Assembly: GCA_964418485.1 (NCBI GenBank)
Contig: CAYQMH010000002.1
Span: 5,687 to 69,686 of the forward strand
Origin: an uncultured bacterium
GTDB lineage: Bacteria > Hydrothermota > UBA3072
Direction of reading: 5' to 3'
DNA length: 64,000 nucleotides
Of the stretch, positions 61,520-64,000 are shown piece after piece. Positions within the stretch are counted from its first letter, which is position 1. Each line of letters starts with the position of its first letter. A program made the position numbers and the translations under genes. The notes beneath the pieces are model-generated. The model worked only from the letters and a program-made list of their open reading frames with translations. It had not been told where the DNA came from and made no database searches.

Positions 61520-62314
61520 TTATTCGTATTCCCAGTATTCTTTTAATACAAAATTTTGCTGAGATGATTTTTCCAGTTCATTCCGCAGATAATATCGGTG
61601 TTCAAATCCGGTTGTCACTATAATTCTCTTACCCTGAAATTCCGTTGCATAGTTGATAATGTTTTTTGTCATAGTTTTATTTCGTTTATCCCAGTATTCT
61701 TGCTTTGAGATTATAAATTCTTTAAATTGCTTCAACTCCGGAACGGTCTCTGTGTATTTTAGGAAATTGGTATGAAAAATTCTGTGTTTCATGGCACATA
61801 TGGAGTCGGCTGCCGCCGAATTTATTGCTCTTGGACAATCTAGAAAGTCGCAGAGTTTGTCGAAATTAATCAGCATAGAAATCTGTTCTTTGAAAAGCGA
61901 AAGGGAATCGTTTAATTCGCTTTTATTAAATAAATCTTCTAATTTTTTGTTAAACGCTTCTTCTTGTTCGAAATACCGGGTTTCTATATAATATTTATTT
62001 CGGTTTTCGATGTCATAATATTTAAGAATGAGAGAAGGATTCCTATCCAGGTACTTTTTTACCATTATTGTCTCAAAAGTCGGGTTTTTGATTTTTGTTA
62101 CGAATTCAGAAAATTCTTCGGCATCCCAGGAAATTGGGTGCTCGAACAAAATCACATCGGGTTTAACCTGTTCTAATATCTTAAGCATATCTTCTTCATC
62201 AAAATTGCCCCTCGCTTCGTGAACGGTTCCGAAGATAATAACTTCAGTTTTAGAGGAGGTTTTTGATGAAAGTAAAAAAGGTAATAGTAATAAAATTGTG
62301 AACCAATTTTTCAT
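61520..62314 (-). CDS. TraB/GumN family secreted protein
   Basis: Signal peptide and 'IIFGTVHE' family motif. Confidence 0.5.
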   Translation of the reverse strand: MKNWFTILLLLPFLLSSKTSSKTEVIIFGTVHEARGNFDEEDMLKILEQVKPDVILFEHPISWDAEEFSEFVTKIKNPTFETIMVKKYLDRNPSLILKYYDIENRNKYYIETRYFEQEEAFNKKLEDLFNKSELNDSLSLFKEQISMLINFDKLCDFLDCPRAINSAAADSICAMKHRIFHTNFLKYTETVPELKQFKEFIISKQEYWDKRNKTMTKNIINYATEFQGKRIIVTTGFEHRYYLRNELEKSSQQNFVLKEYWEYE

Positions 62315-62485
62315 TTGTTTTTCCCTCCATTCGTTACGCTTTTTTATCCCAGTCGTACTTTCCTTTTTGGTGTTCGGCGAATTGTTGGTGCTGTATGGGT
62401 TTCAATATACAATTTACAAGGTTTATCTGTCTGTGTCAAGAACTTTATTCCTTGTTATCTATATGTCCTACATGTGAATATTTTA

Positions 62486-62550
62486 GGTGTTGGGTTGGGT
62501 TTTAAACAACACAGATATTTTTTTCTTTGTGCCCTTTGTGTCTTTGTGTG
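62486..62550 (-). repeat. dispersed mosaic intergenic repeat X6
   Basis: 'gttgggttgggttttaaa' plus 'ctttgtgccctttgtgtctttgtgtg', which is the reverse complement of module f at 53455. Confidence 0.6.
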
Positions 62551-62671
62551 AGAATCTTTTTCGGAGTGGGGTGGGGTTGTTGACATTTACGTGGGAAACT
62601 CATATCATGTATAGTAAATGAAAGTTCGAAAAAGATTGTATGAGCGATTTCTTTTTGAAGTTTCGCCAGTT

Positions 62672-64000
62672 ATGGGGTATATAGGCGTTATTTTAATATA
62701 TGTTTCTTTTCTTTTTTTAGTACCTTTAATCATAGATTATTTATATTTAAGAGAGTTTGTTAATTTGAAAGCTTTTTTAATACCGGCCTTAATCTCTTTT
62801 ACCTTAGGCTTTGCATTAAAAGGTAGAAGACCTTTAGACAGGATTGATCACAAACAGGGTATGATGATAGCTGCTCTATCATGGATTATTGTTTCTTTGA
62901 TAGGTTCTCTTCCTTATCTGCTTGGGCTTCATGCGAGTTTTATAGATTCGTTTTTCGAAACGGTTTCAGGTTTTACAACTACGGGAATAACGATGCTCTC
63001 GGGACTTGATACCAAGATACGTGCTATACTTTTTTATAGGGCTTTAACTCAGTGGGTGGGAGGTCTTGGCATCTTAAGTTTTGCTTTATTGATTATTTAC
63101 CAAGGGGGTATTGCTTCTCAGCTTTTTGAGGGAGAAAGTCATAAGATTAGGACAAAAAGGATAACTCCTGGATTATTTAATACGGTAAGGATTTTATGGG
63201 TAATATATGGATGTTTAACTTTAATTCTTATTTTCCTTCTGAAAACAGAAGGGGTGAACATTTTTGACGCAGTTACTCACTCTTTTACCACACTTTCGAG
63301 TGGAGGATTTTCAACGCACGATTTGAGCATTGGGTATTATTCCGCCATGAATTATCCTTTATCAAATATTATTGAGTGGACTGTAATTGTATTTATGTTG
63401 TTTGCCGGAATGAATTTTCTTTTTCATTACAGAGTTTTCCAGGGAGACTTTAAAGCTCTGTGGGATTCCTATGAGATTAAGTTATTCTGGTTGTTTATAT
63501 GTTCGGCTTCTGGTATTATTATTTTTAAGCAGTTCGCATCCGGTCAGTTTTTTTCTCCCGACTTAGTCAGAACTTCCATTTTTCAGGTGGTTTCGATTAT
63601 GACTACAACGGGGTTTGCGACTCGGGATATTGCATCGACTATTTATGGAGGTGTAGCCAAGCAGATTTTCCTTTTTTTAATGGTGATAGGTGGCTGTGTA
63701 GGTTCTACTTCCGGTGGATTAAAAATTTTGCGTATAGGGATTTTATTTAAGCTTATTAAATTTAAAATTTTATCGATTGTTTATCCTCTTCATACAGTGC
63801 GTTTTGTTATGGTTGATGGAAGTAAATTGGATTTTGCTGAAGTGAGAAGAGTTACCTCTTTGTTTGCTGCCTGGATTTTTTTGCTCGCATTAGGTGGAGT
63901 GATAACAGCTTTTTTTAGTAATCTCGGGGCTCTGGAGTCTTTTTCCGGTATGGCTTCTGCTCTTGGTAATGTCGGACCTTGCTATATTTCGGCTTCTGAC
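62672..64000 (+). CDS. trkH: TrkH/KtrB family potassium transporter (3' partial, runs off the window)
   Basis: Manual translation from the ATG at 62672: MGYIGVILIYVSFLFLVPLIIDYL...GFTTTGITML. No stop is reached before 64000. Confidence 0.75.
   Translation, partial: MGYIGVILIYVSFLFLVPLIIDYLYLREFVNLKAFLIPALISFTLGFALKGRRPLDRIDHKQGMMIAALSWIIVSLIGSLPYLLGLHASFIDSFFETVSGFTTTGITMLSGLDTKIRAILFYRALTQWVGGLGILSFALLIIYQGGIASQLFEGESHKIRTKRITPGLFNTVRILWVIYGCLTLILIFLLKTEGVNIFDAVTHSFTTLSSGGFSTHDLSIGYYSAMNYPLSNIIEWTVIVFMLFAGMNFLFHYRVFQGDFKALWDSYEIKLFWLFICSASGIIIFKQFASGQFFSPDLVRTSIFQVVSIMTTTGFATRDIASTIYGGVAKQIFLFLMVIGGCVGSTSGGLKILRIGILFKLIKFKILSIVYPLHTVRFVMVDGSKLDFAEVRRVTSLFAAWIFLLALGGVITAFFSNLGALESFSGMASALGNVGPCYISASD

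Overview
AT-rich bacterial chromosomal segment. Two proteins carry T9SS (Por) C-terminal sorting domains, but promoters are canonical sigma-70 (TTGACA-N16/17-TATAAT), so this is an FCB-group-like lineage that is not Bacteroidetes-like in promoter usage. The core content is dense and syntenic. A long minus-strand operon runs DUF502-CBS/CorC-dnaE-OMP-purA-secA-lepB. rpoD-dnaG and a complete dcw cluster follow (mraZ-rsmH-ftsL-ftsI-murE-murF-mraY-murD-ftsW-murG-murC-murB-ftsQ-ftsA-ftsZ), then a four-helix-bundle protein, ligA, dnaJ-dnaK-grpE, a GGDEF protein and a partial trkH. Accessory content is concentrated in two places. The first is 1-9.2 kb: PIN/RHH, MazEF and Phd-like toxin-antitoxin modules, a DUF4143 ATPase, a T9SS-secreted glycoside hydrolase, a tail-fibre-like secreted protein, and an MNT/HEPN pair bracketed by two copies of a ~109-bp long-hairpin element. 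The second is a ~6.5-kb island between ligA and an FAD oxidoreductase (45.9-52.4 kb). It carries an R-M pair (beta-class SPPY methyltransferase), a HepT/MNT pair, an NHL lipoprotein and several small membrane or wHTH proteins. Each of the five transcription units in this island is preceded by a near-identical ~45-bp consensus promoter module. Intergenic DNA throughout the window is built from a mosaic family of dispersed repeats assembled from degenerate CAC-type heptamer words. No rRNA, tRNA, CRISPR array, transposase or integrase gene was recognised.
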